Program-made: the position numbers and the translations under genes
Part shown: positions 36,401 to 46,799 of the stretch, piece by piece
Numbering within the stretch: position 1 is the stretch's first letter
Layout: each line of letters begins with the position of its first letter
Notes under the pieces: model-generated
The model's database searches: none
The model's input: only the letters and a program-made list of their open reading frames with translations
Told to the model about the DNA's origin: nothing
DNA from: Macrostomum hystrix
Lineage: Eukaryota; Animalia; Platyhelminthes
Direction: 5' to 3'
Length of the DNA stretch: 64,000 nt
Assembly: GCA_950097015.1 (NCBI GenBank)
Contig: CATNEN010000002.1
Span: forward strand, 5,084,001-5,148,000

Positions 36401-36889
36401 GGACATCCTGGCACGAATTTCTCCAATTTCCACTGAAGAAGCCTAAATATTAGGCGCAGCTCAACTACATTGCAACATTGCAACATCGCCTAGTCTGTCA
36501 ACCAATCAGTCACCAACTAACGCTGCTAGCATTCAGTCGCTGCCAAAAAATTGATAAATGAGTAAATGTTATACCCACTAGACCCACTGTAGCTGGACAC
36601 TCACAAGCACAACTGGTTGGTGCATCACTGGAAACATCTGATCCAGCTCAGCCTGTGTTGGCTGCCTGGGCTTCCTGCACAGGTTGCACTTGCAAATGAA
36701 GTGCCACAGAAAAGCACAGCAGTTTGGCAGTTGGAAGTGAAATGGAGACTCATAAACTTGGGGGCAGATGCCGCAGCATGGTCGGCGAACTCGCGGCTGA
36801 TAAAGCTGGTCAGACCTCGCAGAGATGACCCTTGTCCTTTCATTAACAGCATAGGCATCGGGCTCTCTAGTCAGCTGGCTGCTTGACAT
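33476..36889 (-). CDS. NAPEPLD: N-acyl-phosphatidylethanolamine-hydrolysing phospholipase D, 5 exons, ~381 aa
   Basis: Exons 36889-36605, 35696-35319, 34867-34611, 33787-33670 and 33583-33476 splice in frame. Metallo-beta-lactamase motifs TWLGHA, FDPVFS.RCSP, ISHNHYDH, HWSSR, FFGGDTGY, IPIGAYLPR, IHWGTF; N-terminal ELDQMFPV as in NAPE-PLD. Confidence 0.92.
33801..34597. repeat. 31-bp minisatellite x ~25.7 filling NAPE-PLD intron 3
   Basis: Unit GTCACTGGGGTTTAATCTGTGTTTTGGTATC. Confidence 0.97.
35829..35995 (+). mobile_element. SINE family 1, degenerate internal fragment in NAPE-PLD intron 1
   Basis: CTTGTCGTGCAAT..CACACTGCCTGAAGATGAGAAAGTC..GGCAGATG matches the family body. Confidence 0.6.
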
Positions 36890-38508
36890 GCTTTGTGCAT
36901 ATGATCTGTTTACTGATTGGTCTGAAAGCAGTAAGTTATTAAAATAGTGAGTGATTAAGAATTTAAGAATTTTCAGAACATGTCCTGTTTAATCTACAAC
37001 AGAGAAAAGTTTTAATAATAGATATGTCATATAGCTAAGCATAAAAAGATATCTGATAAAAAGGAGGCTATTTGAAGAGAACAATATTTTTACATCTAGC
37101 TATTTCCTACAAAACTAGCTATGGGACTAGGAACCCGCCTTCTAGAATTACAAAATATGAATTTATTGTAATTTTTGTACAGTGTAAGTGGCTATATGAT
37201 TACTTAATTAATGGAGAAAAAACAGAATAAGACAAGAAATGAGTTACATACAAAAATATTATTTTGCCTTGAACTTTTTCTCTCCAGAAATAGCTTCTAT
37301 AACTGAAGTATAAACACTGTTCAAGTAGCCAGCAAACATTAAAAAGGAAATATATATTTTATTTTAACTGCCAGCCTTCTAAGTCATGTTTCTTAATGAA
37401 TGCTAAAGCAATAATATTACTTTTTTGAAAATTCATTGCTAGCAATTCTAAAAATAATTTAATACTATATTAACAATTTGTTGGATGCAATTGCATTAAT
37501 TCAACTTATTTTCCTTATAACTTGAAAATAAAGGCCCAAAAATTTAAATGCTGAAAGCTGTGTACACTGCTATAGCTTCTGATTTAAAACATAAATAGCA
37601 GTTTAAGCAACAAAAACAATTACTATTTATATATATATACCTTTAAAGTTTTTTAGGATTCTATTTATAGCCTACTAAAAAGCAAAAGTAGACTTTGAAA
37701 GCTAAGAAACATACTGAACTTATTCCACTTGTTAAGGTTAACGGTGCTAAAGTTGAGCATCGACTTATGAGTTATGACATAGATGTAACTGAGAACAATG
37801 GTCAATTGGCACCATTTGTGAAGACAAATGAAAAATGTTTCGAAGAAAATTTATTATTTGAAAATAAACATATCGTAAAAAGTTGAATTTGAAAGTTGAA
37901 AGTTGAAGAATGTAATGAATGAATGAATGTAACTACATGTATATATAAATAATTATCTCATACTTAATCTTGCTGTAAATCTAGCTATTTTGTTTCTTAA
38001 ACTGTTAAGAAACTGTTACAGTTTTACTTTTTATTTCAAGTTTAAACCAACGTTCGGTGGCATTTTGTGAATTATGAAGAACCATGAATTAGTGCTTCAC
38101 CGACGAGTATTACAACACAAATCATTTAAATCACTGTATATGCTATACAGTCAGTTTCTTGTGTTAGCTGAATAGTGTAGTATTGATGTAGCTCAATAAC
38201 TCAACTCAACTAAGAGCTAAAAACGGTAATAATTACAACAAAGTCATGTGAAATTTAATATGATACTGTCGCATATTTTACGTAAATGATACAAAAAATG
38301 TACTACAATTTTTTACATAAATCTATTATTCTTTGTAGCAAGTTTAAATATATAGTCATCAATGATATATTTTAGATTTCGTTCTTTAACTATTTTATAA
38401 TGTAAATAATATATATAGATCAAGCAGTGTATATTCAAAGTAGAAATTCCGAAGAAATAAACATTCTGTAGACAATCAGAAATTCTGCAGCTCAGAAAAC
38501 CGTCTCCG

Positions 38509-41002
38509 TTAAGCTTTTCCTACGTCATGGGGCTCAACTTTCCGCCCAAACAGCAGCCGACCCAGCGATGCCGCCAGGACGAGCAGCTCGCTGAGGGTGA
38601 GAAAGCTCGCGCCGAGCCAGACTCCCAGTGCACCGCCGAAGTCGCTGAGCAGGTCGTGAATCTGGAATTTTCTCGACACAGCGTAGTGCAGCATGGTGTC
38701 GGACTGGTAGTGGATGAACACCTTTGATGAATAGGTTGGTTAGAGGAGTAAGTGTTGGAAAGTATACGTATGTTGTGATGAGTTGTCTATAATCATATAG
38801 ATGTGGTTCAAGTTTTACCTTTAAAATAACATTTTTACCTTTATAACTTTAAAATATTTACTTCCGAAAATGTCTTCCCGAATCACTATAAAATGACACC
38901 GCATATAAACGCGAACCGCCAAAAGTGCTCGTGAGAGTACCTCATAAGTTGTTTTTGCATTTTCAAATAAGAACTCACCCTAAGAAAGTACCATGAATCT
39001 GTTTTATTGTTGAGCACACCTTCCGGATAAGCATCGACAATCTCGGATGTGTCGTTAACCATCGCTTTCCTAAGAGCATTGAGAGCATTTTTCAGGTACT
39101 CCGCAGTCCTGATCTCAGACGAGTAGTTCCGATGGCCGCCAGGTGTCAGGTGGGGCCAGCCGTAGCTGTCGGCGTCAATGACGCGCTTGTACCTGACGCA
39201 GGCATCCAGTGGGCAGCCGGTCACCTTGGAGCCGTTGCAGATCGAGTTATGCTTGATTCGATTGCTGAGGTTGCGCTGAATTTCGAGAGCTCTCGCGAAC
39301 TCGGCGTCGCTGGGAAAGTCCGCCTCAAACTTGGCGCAGTCTCGATATCGGTTGGCGATCTCCGAGAAAACGATGATGCCCGAGTAGGAGCAGTTGAAGT
39401 CCCTCACAATGATCTGGGAGCACTTCAGAGCATTGCAGTGGGCCTGGCTGTAATTGATTTTGAACTTGCTTATTACATCCTCAACGAGGTAGCTGACATC
39501 ACTTGCGCAGTCACTTGAGTCTGTGTTTTCGTACATTGTTGGCGAGACCTGCAGCGAAGAACAGAACAGAACACATCATGCAGTGCTAAAATCTCGATTG
39601 CTTCAGGTTCGATTTTAACATCTTAGGGAAAAGTGTGAGTGGCAGAGCTGAAGAGCGACTATCGCACTTGGGACTAAGATCGTTTAATTTGGTGCACGGC
39701 CGCTGGGAGGTTTGGGCGCTTGTCGTGTGCAATTTACGCCCATATGACGGCTGACACCCCCAAAGGCACACTGAGAGTGTACACTGTCAGATACTGAAAA
39801 CGTCATGGCGGATATAAAGTCATCCTTGTGAATCCGAGGTTTGCATGCTCACATCGGGGTCAGCGTCGCCTTTCACCAGTGCATACAGATATTGTTATCA
39901 AATTACGGCTCATGCACACTGCCGTGAAACCACGAGTTTTTTATGCAATTTTTTTAATATTCTTACGAGTGGTGATATAAAATGTGCAATCGTGCATTTT
40001 GGTCTCGTTTGATAATGTAGTGTGGAAGAGCCTGGGGAAATAGAAAATAACATCAGAGAGCCTTTCAGTCACCTCTATGTCGTAGTGAAGGCCGTGACTG
40101 AGCTGCATGCTCTTCGTGCCAAGGACGGTGTGAGAGTTGATTGCGTCAGTACTGTCCACAAAAAACAGCTGAAGCGTATCGTCGCCGCTCTCCTGCAGAA
40201 GCAGCTTCAGCGCCTCGTTCTTTGCCCAGTCAGTTTCAAAGACGCTGTTAAGCGAATTGCTTGTCCGCGGCCGCTTAAACAGCAGCAGCTTCATGGCTTC
40301 CTGTCCAAAGGGCACCTGACTGAGCTTTAGCCGGTGAATGAGGTCCTGAAGAATCAGTCGGTAGCAGACCATGAGCTTATCGTTCACATCCGCCAGGTAG
40401 CTGCGAAAGTCGTAGCACTTTCCGTCAATCTGGTCGCCGTAAGTGAAGCCCACAATGACATCCTGGGGCCGAGGCCGCACTTCTCTGGCTATGGGCAGCC
40501 GGTAGAACAGGCGCTTGAAATGAGCCGTGTAGGACACCTGTCCCTTATCCTGACCGGCCTTCAGACTGACATTTAGGTAGCGCCTGTAGGCTGACTCCAG
40601 CTCTCTCCTAGCCGAGTCGTTCAACAGACGCAGTCGATAGGTTGAAACCAAGTCGCTGTTGCACAGTACAATGTCTGGCAGGGTTGCGGGAATGCTGACC
40701 TCCGTCATGCTCATGGTTGTGGGGAAGTTGACGTACTGTGACGTCAGCACGTACAGGTGGTACACGGACGCAACCAAACACGCTGAAATCAGCAGCATCC
40801 AGAGAATTCGAGCCCCCAGCGAGTGGGACTTGACGCACTGCCCAACACCGTGGGTGCTGGTGCTGCTGAGCCATTCCGAAATCACCAGCTTTGCGCCATT
40901 GGACGGCGACACTGAAGTACTCGCCATCTGTTGCGGCGGCTGCGGCTGCGGCTTCACCTGCAGCTGGTCATGCTGATAGAAGCCGCTGTCAGAGTTCTCC
41001 AT
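38509..41002 (-). CDS. DEG/ENaC (amiloride-sensitive sodium channel family) subunit, 3 exons, ~570 aa
   Basis: Exons 41002-40073, 39548-38979 and 38721-38509, all phase 0. STHG pre-TM1 motif, TM1, LPDIVLCN, Cys-rich thumb, TM2 LLSDFGGALGVWLGASFLTLSE with the GAS filter. Confidence 0.9.
39630..39865 (+). mobile_element. SINE family 1, old degenerate copy in ENaC intron 1
   Basis: GTGGCAGAGC..CTTGTCGTGTGCAATTTACGCCC..AGGCACACTGAGAGTGTACACTG. Confidence 0.6.
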
Positions 41003-41689
41003 TCTGTAATTTTCGTTTCCAATTTTCTTTCTGATCTTTTAACTACCTTAAATGCGAATTCGGTACCAAAACTCACCAGCCCCCCGGCCAAATCGATAGA
41101 TGTGATTTGATTAACAATTTGATGATCCAATGCAAATTTGCTCAGTGTAAAAACATACGTTTCAGTATGCTTTGGTGTGTGCTAACTGCAGGTAAGGCAG
41201 GCTGGACATGCAGCAGGCTGGTTCCTAGTCCCAAATCACAATCTCAACCAATAAACTGTTCGGTATTTGTTAACCTGTCTGCTGTGTGGATTAGATTATT
41301 AAGCCAGTACTTCAGTATCGGAGCCTCATGGTGGACAGCCTGATGCCGTACAGTGATTCAAGACAGCTATTCAAATACACGCAAAAAGCCTATAGAAACA
41401 TGAGATTATCTGAGACCTTGTCGATAAGGCGGACTTCTGCGGGTGGCAGTGACTGTGTGAGTCTATATACGTATAGCTCTTTGAACTCTTGGGAATAGCG
41501 ATTTAGTGAGGCCAAGTTGGCATCAAGCACAACGGCAACCCAGATCGCAGTTGTTATGAATCGGCCCTGAATCGAATTATTCTTAATTGCCTAATTGAAA
41601 AGTATATTTATCCTGCAGTTCGGACCTAAAAAAAGCATTTTAGTGATCGTTTTTACATCTGTATCTGAAATAGAATTAATCATTATATG

Positions 41690-41975
41690 TTATTACGCGG
41701 GCCCTTATTCGGGGCCAGATGTGCAGCCGACAGCACAGTCGCAGCTATTGCGCGGCGCATCTGAAGGCTGCGAACGGTTGTTCAGTCCATGGACTGGTGG
41801 GACGCCACACCTACCCTCAGCTGCCCCCGATAAAGTCTGGTACCCATTTAACAGCTGAACTGAACAGGTGAACTGATGCCAAGCAGAGTTAAGTGTCTTG
41901 CTTAATCAAAGTCGTGAATCGAACCCCCGACCTTTAAGTCGCGAGTCCGAAACTAATCACTAGGCTACCACCTCC
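41690..41975 (-). mobile_element. tRNA-derived SINE family 2 with a CORE/MIR-like central domain
   Basis: Head GGTAGCCTAGTGA..GGTTCGATTC, then GCAAGACACTTAACTCTG..CAGCTGTTAAATGGGTACC. Related copies at 49500-49630 (-), and degenerate copies at ~27715-27925 (-) and ~44350-44545 (+). Confidence 0.7.
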
Positions 41976-42065
41976 ATCTTCATCATTATTTTTTTCATAA
42001 ACGAATAAATCAAAGCTTCAACACGACGTCTGTCAGCTGACACAGGGTCTTCAATCGATGGTCTC

Positions 42066-43823
42066 CTAGAGAAGGAGCATCTCAACTTCCATGAGAGAAT
42101 AGTTGAAGCCGAATGGCTTGCTCCAGATGAGTCCCTGGCCAGAGCTGCTCAGAGCAGCTGGTAAGTTCTGATAAGCTCCGTTCAGCTGGGCGTTGAAGAA
42201 GCAGCTGGGTCCGTACCACCAGGCTCCGCGGTAGTGTTTGGCGCAGTCTCTCTCCGCTTCAAATGGATAGTCTTTGGTAATGAACGCGTGGCTGCTAGAG
42301 TTGGCTAAGGCATCACCGATGCCCCAACTGCCTGTAAATCCGCTCAAACTCAAATAGTAACTGGGCCCTTTTACTGAGAAGCTGGCATATTGGGCCCAGA
42401 ATTCGCTACCGTTCCACAGCTTCATCAGAATGCTCAGCTGCCGGCTCGTGTCCTTAGTCAGGCTGTCCAGATTTTTCAGTCCTGAAAATGCACTGGCTTT
42501 GTATATCTTCGTTAACATTGCGGGATTGTGCTGGGGGTGGGTGGCAGAGCGGTTTATGTGTTGCCTCTCGCGCCAAGGTCCCTGAGCTCGATTTTGCGGC
42601 GAGGCCACATTCATTTGGGGTGCACCCGCGGAGAGAAGGCTTGGGGGCTTGTCGTGCGATTTACGCCCTTCAGGACCAAACTCCAAAGCACAGTGGAGAG
42701 TGTACACTGCCTGACAATGAGAAAATCAGGGCAGATTACACACCTGTTCCTGTGTGCTCAGGAGTCAGCGAAATGGGCAGAATTGCCTTCTCGCTGGCTG
42801 CGGGTCTAGTGTCACCATATAGTGTGCCGTTGCCCACAGCCTTCCTGCAGTTATTATTTGTTTTATGCGGCTATTCATTGCCTCTGTAAATGAGTAACTG
42901 CAGCTCACCGATCCAGTAGTTTCCATTTTCATCCTGGCCAAACGGATTGTTTTTGTAGTCATTGAAGCTCCTATCGAAACTAACGCTATCCGACACTCGG
43001 TGCTGTATCGTTATCCAACAAGCTGTGCTTGTAGTCTGAAAATATTTATTTCTTTACTCAAAGTAAAAGCACTTTATAAGTTGCACCTCAAAATTTGGAA
43101 CATTTTCGGCCTGATTTGATTAATTCGATCAACGTAAACTAAGGAATTTCCCCATAGTGAACTAACTTGACAAATAATCGCACCTGTTAGTTGAGACATT
43201 GCTCCCAATCATTTCGCCAATTATCCCCCAATCACTTGGGAAATTATTTCATCGGCAGAAAAACTATCATCATCATTTTGGCAAGTTACCCCTTGTTGAC
43301 AGATCCACATTTTGTTTTTCTAGTTGTCACTGGCAAATTATCCCCCTCAGTTGAAATCCCATCAGCTGGCAGTTATTCTGTCCTGTCTGAGGTCCCGCGT
43401 ACAAGAAAGCCCATGCTGGAAGTTCGTGTGTCTAAAATTCGATCCGGACAAATCTAAAAGCTGTGCTAAACATGCATTCAGCGAGAGTGGCATTTTATTT
43501 TACAACTTTAACAGGCTTACCCAGACCGCTTGGTTTCCGCGGTGTCGGTTGCGACACTTTCCGCAGTGCTTGAGGCCCAGACGACAGCGGAACACCTGGC
43601 AGAGCCCGGTGGCCGCATCGAATGTGGACAGGTGAGCGGAGTCCTCTCGGCTGCTGACAACCTGGCACTGGACGTCCGACCTTACAGACTGGGAGTTGAT
43701 TAATTCATAGTCGGCCAGGTTGTCGAAGCTTTTCGTCCAGATTTTCGGCTGCTCGTCTGTGTTGAGCTCCTGACAATGAGCCATGCTGAATAGGATCAGC
43801 AGGAGGCACAAAATTTGGCGCAT
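42066..43823 (-). CDS. FReD gene J, ~281 aa, intact, divergent outlier
   Basis: Start MRQILC at 43823; exons 43823-43521, 43035-42909 (TTSTACWITIQHRVSDSVSFDRSFNDYKNNPFGQDENGNYWIG) and 42481-42066; same intron phases as A-I. Confidence 0.88.
42535..42862 (+). mobile_element. SINE family 1, full-length copy in intron 2 of gene J
   Basis: GGGTGGCAGAGCGG head, family body, CTGCAGTTATTAT tail. Confidence 0.85.
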
Positions 43824-44607
43824 CCTACGCCAAGATTCAAGAAAAATTATCTGAATAATATTGCGTTCCAATAAACTTTCCAGCCGAAGACGTTGCGCTG
43901 TTAAGGCAGAAATAAAAACTTTCTTCTTAAGCTGGATCTATCCGACAATCGGGTATCTTGGCGAGCTGCTATTCAAGTTGACAAAATTCTGAAGACATCC
44001 GACAACGGAAGCAAAAGCAGTGGTGAAGATTAGCTGCCAAAGCCGATCGATCGATCACCAATAGGCCGACAAGCGTCAAGGAGAGTGACAGCCTCGAATG
44101 CCACGCAACCCTTGTGTAGGTAGCAAATTTCGCATTTTTTTAATTGGCGCGGGTTTCCTGAATGCATGCCAATACAGAAACCGATGCGGTAGCACCGTTT
44201 GAAGTAGAAATATGAAACGAAACGTGATTGTATTTACAAATACTGCAGGAGGGTTGCGGGCACTGGCGCATCATTTGGTGACAGTAAAAAACAAGAAACT
44301 TTTTTATCGATTTCAAACTTCGCTTTCGCATTTGATGACGGTTCAGCACGCACTGAAGCTAGTAAGTTTGTCTCCCAGCTGTTCGACGAGAGGTCGGTAG
44401 TTCGAATCTCAACCCAAGAGAATAAAATCTATGTCCTTGAGAAAGTCAATCTTTAAGTTCAGCCAGCTGTAAATGTCCCAACATAAGTCGGTGTCTGTGG
44501 CGGCATCTCCAGTCCATGGACCAAACAGCAGTACGCAGCCGCTGGATGCTTTGTTGACAAGTGCACCTACATGCAAAATTACTTTATTGAATATGTAGTG
44601 TATCACT

Positions 44608-45123
44608 TGTTACTAGGCTTAGCATCTATTCCGACTCCTTGACTAGTTAGCCATCGCCACTGCATAGTCTAGATTAGTCGGTTAGTAAAATAGTTAGATT
44701 AGTTGGAGCCTTATGGTGTCAGCATACGAGAACTGTGGCCGGTATTTCTACGGTTTTTCCATGGCAGTTTTGGCCCGCCCACGGAAATTTTGCCTGCTAA
44801 ATTTTTCCAGCCATTGAGAAAGCTCCAAGGCTCCTCAGCCACTAGCAAGCGTGTCAGCAGGCTGGGCGGGGTCAGAAACGGCTATAAATATGAGACACGA
44901 GCGCGTGGAGCATGCGGAGTCCCAGACTTGAGTTTGGAAAAGCTCAATAAGAGTCACCAGGTCTCCATATCTCGAGTTTCATGTGTTATTCATTTTCAGC
45001 TGACAGGTCTGAGGCGAGAGATGTCTTACGAGACAATCGACCCAAAGGTTAGATCTAAGGTTAGATCCAAATTCTAGCCTTAAACTTATCATTCCGCCCT
45101 TAATCCGCTTAACGCTTACCACA
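44608..45123 (+). mobile_element. LTR-like segment
   Basis: TGTTAC...CTTACCACA ends, GGGCGG box, TATAAAT at ~44884, CAATAA downstream. No target-site duplication found. Confidence 0.3.
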
Positions 45124-46799
45124 ATTTAAAAAAATGTTTTTTAAGAAAGGCGAAAGATCGGGTAATTTTAGATACTTTTCTTCATGTTTACTCGTAGTGA
45201 CTTAACCTACAAGTTTAAGCCACCGACAAAGATGTTTTGTTTATTTCTCGAGATCTTGTTTTTCTAACAGAATTTTTTGTAAAAAATAGCAAAAAGCGAC
45301 AAAAAAGGAATGAAAAAAACTACTGACAGTCAATGAATGAATTTTTTCTTCACCTTAGCTTGTCTGTGACTCGACCGATACAACTGACTGCGAAAATTAA
45401 CAGAATGTTGACAATAATGGCAATAAATTGGTTACAAATTAGAGAAAATAAAATCACAAGACGCATAGCATAGTTATATTTGTTAAATGAAAAATGTTTT
45501 GTAAGAAATCAAGAGAACAATGGTTAGCAGAAAAGCAATACTGGGGACAAACTTCACACAATGGGACATCATTTTTTAGACAGCTTGTGTAAATACAAAG
45601 CCTCACTTTCAATGCTGAAGCTTTTTAGTACTAAGTCTTCTGTATCGTTGTAATATTTAATTAGATCGGGTTGCTTTGGCGACGGGAGGAAAAAGTTTGA
45701 GTGAAAAATTCGAGCAGACATACACTTAGCTTTTATAGCCTTCTAACAATTGATTGTAACTGATTGTAACAATTGTTGAGCGAAGCAAAAAAACATCTCA
45801 GACAGCTAAGTAAAATAAAAGGGATATAAAATGAAAAAGTTAGAAAAAAAAACAAAAAACGTATTTATATTCCAAAGAACTAATGACACGCGCGCATGTT
45901 AATATTAAAATGTGTAGAAAGTGAAATACAAAAAAAATAATTTAAAACGCTTTTAATTGGAATGTATGAATATAAGGGGCATTAAAAAAAGCAACAGTTA
46001 AAAATTCATTTAAACAATACACATGCCACATCAGAAAAGTTTAATACCAGCAGTTCAAGAAATTAGGAGTGCTCAATAAAATATCAAGAACGCACAAAGA
46101 CCAGCAGATAAAATCAGTGCAGATAGTGTTAACTAAAGTGTGTGTTAAAAAATTAAAGTTTAAATAGCGAGACTGTATATATTTGTCTGTGACAAGTGAC
46201 TTATTCTCTCAATACAAAAAAGCATTTTAAACATGCAAAATAAAATCGACAAACCTTGGCTTGTATTAGATAAATCAAAATACAACTTTTGTGTATATAT
46301 AAAAATGAAAAAGATGTCTACATTGGCAAATATATAAAGCTTACATAAAGACAAAATCAAAAATACATATTCAAATTATAACTATATCACCTGTAAATTA
46401 GATACAACGCATCTTGTTTTGAAAGATGCGAGCAACAGAAGTTACGAAAGAAATTGAATAGGCATCTTCGCTTATGTTTTTCGATACATATCGGCTAGAC
46501 GTTCAATTGTTGTGCCTTTTGTATAGAATTTGTGACTATATCGATATAAAATATTCCGAGCAATATTTGCCATGTAAAATCTGCCAAATAATTAGGCGCC
46601 TATTGCCTATTGACAACGAAAACCCGATTTTTATCTTGACTCGCGTAAGTATAAGTTTTACAATACATATCGGCTAGAAAAACATTAGATAGAGTCTAGA
46701 TTAGCCGTTTCTTCTTTAAATAAAATACTTACGAGTACTATTTATGTTTTTCGACACATATAGGCTAGACATGAAGTTAGAATTTGTCACCGCTGGTTT

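Noticed and set aside
25914-43153. NF-kB-like sites in FReD introns (GGGAATTTTCC 25914, GGGAATTTTC 29021 minus, GGGGAAATTCC 43143 minus)
   Set aside because: A rough estimate gives about three such motifs by chance in 64 kb, and their positions are not conserved among paralogues.
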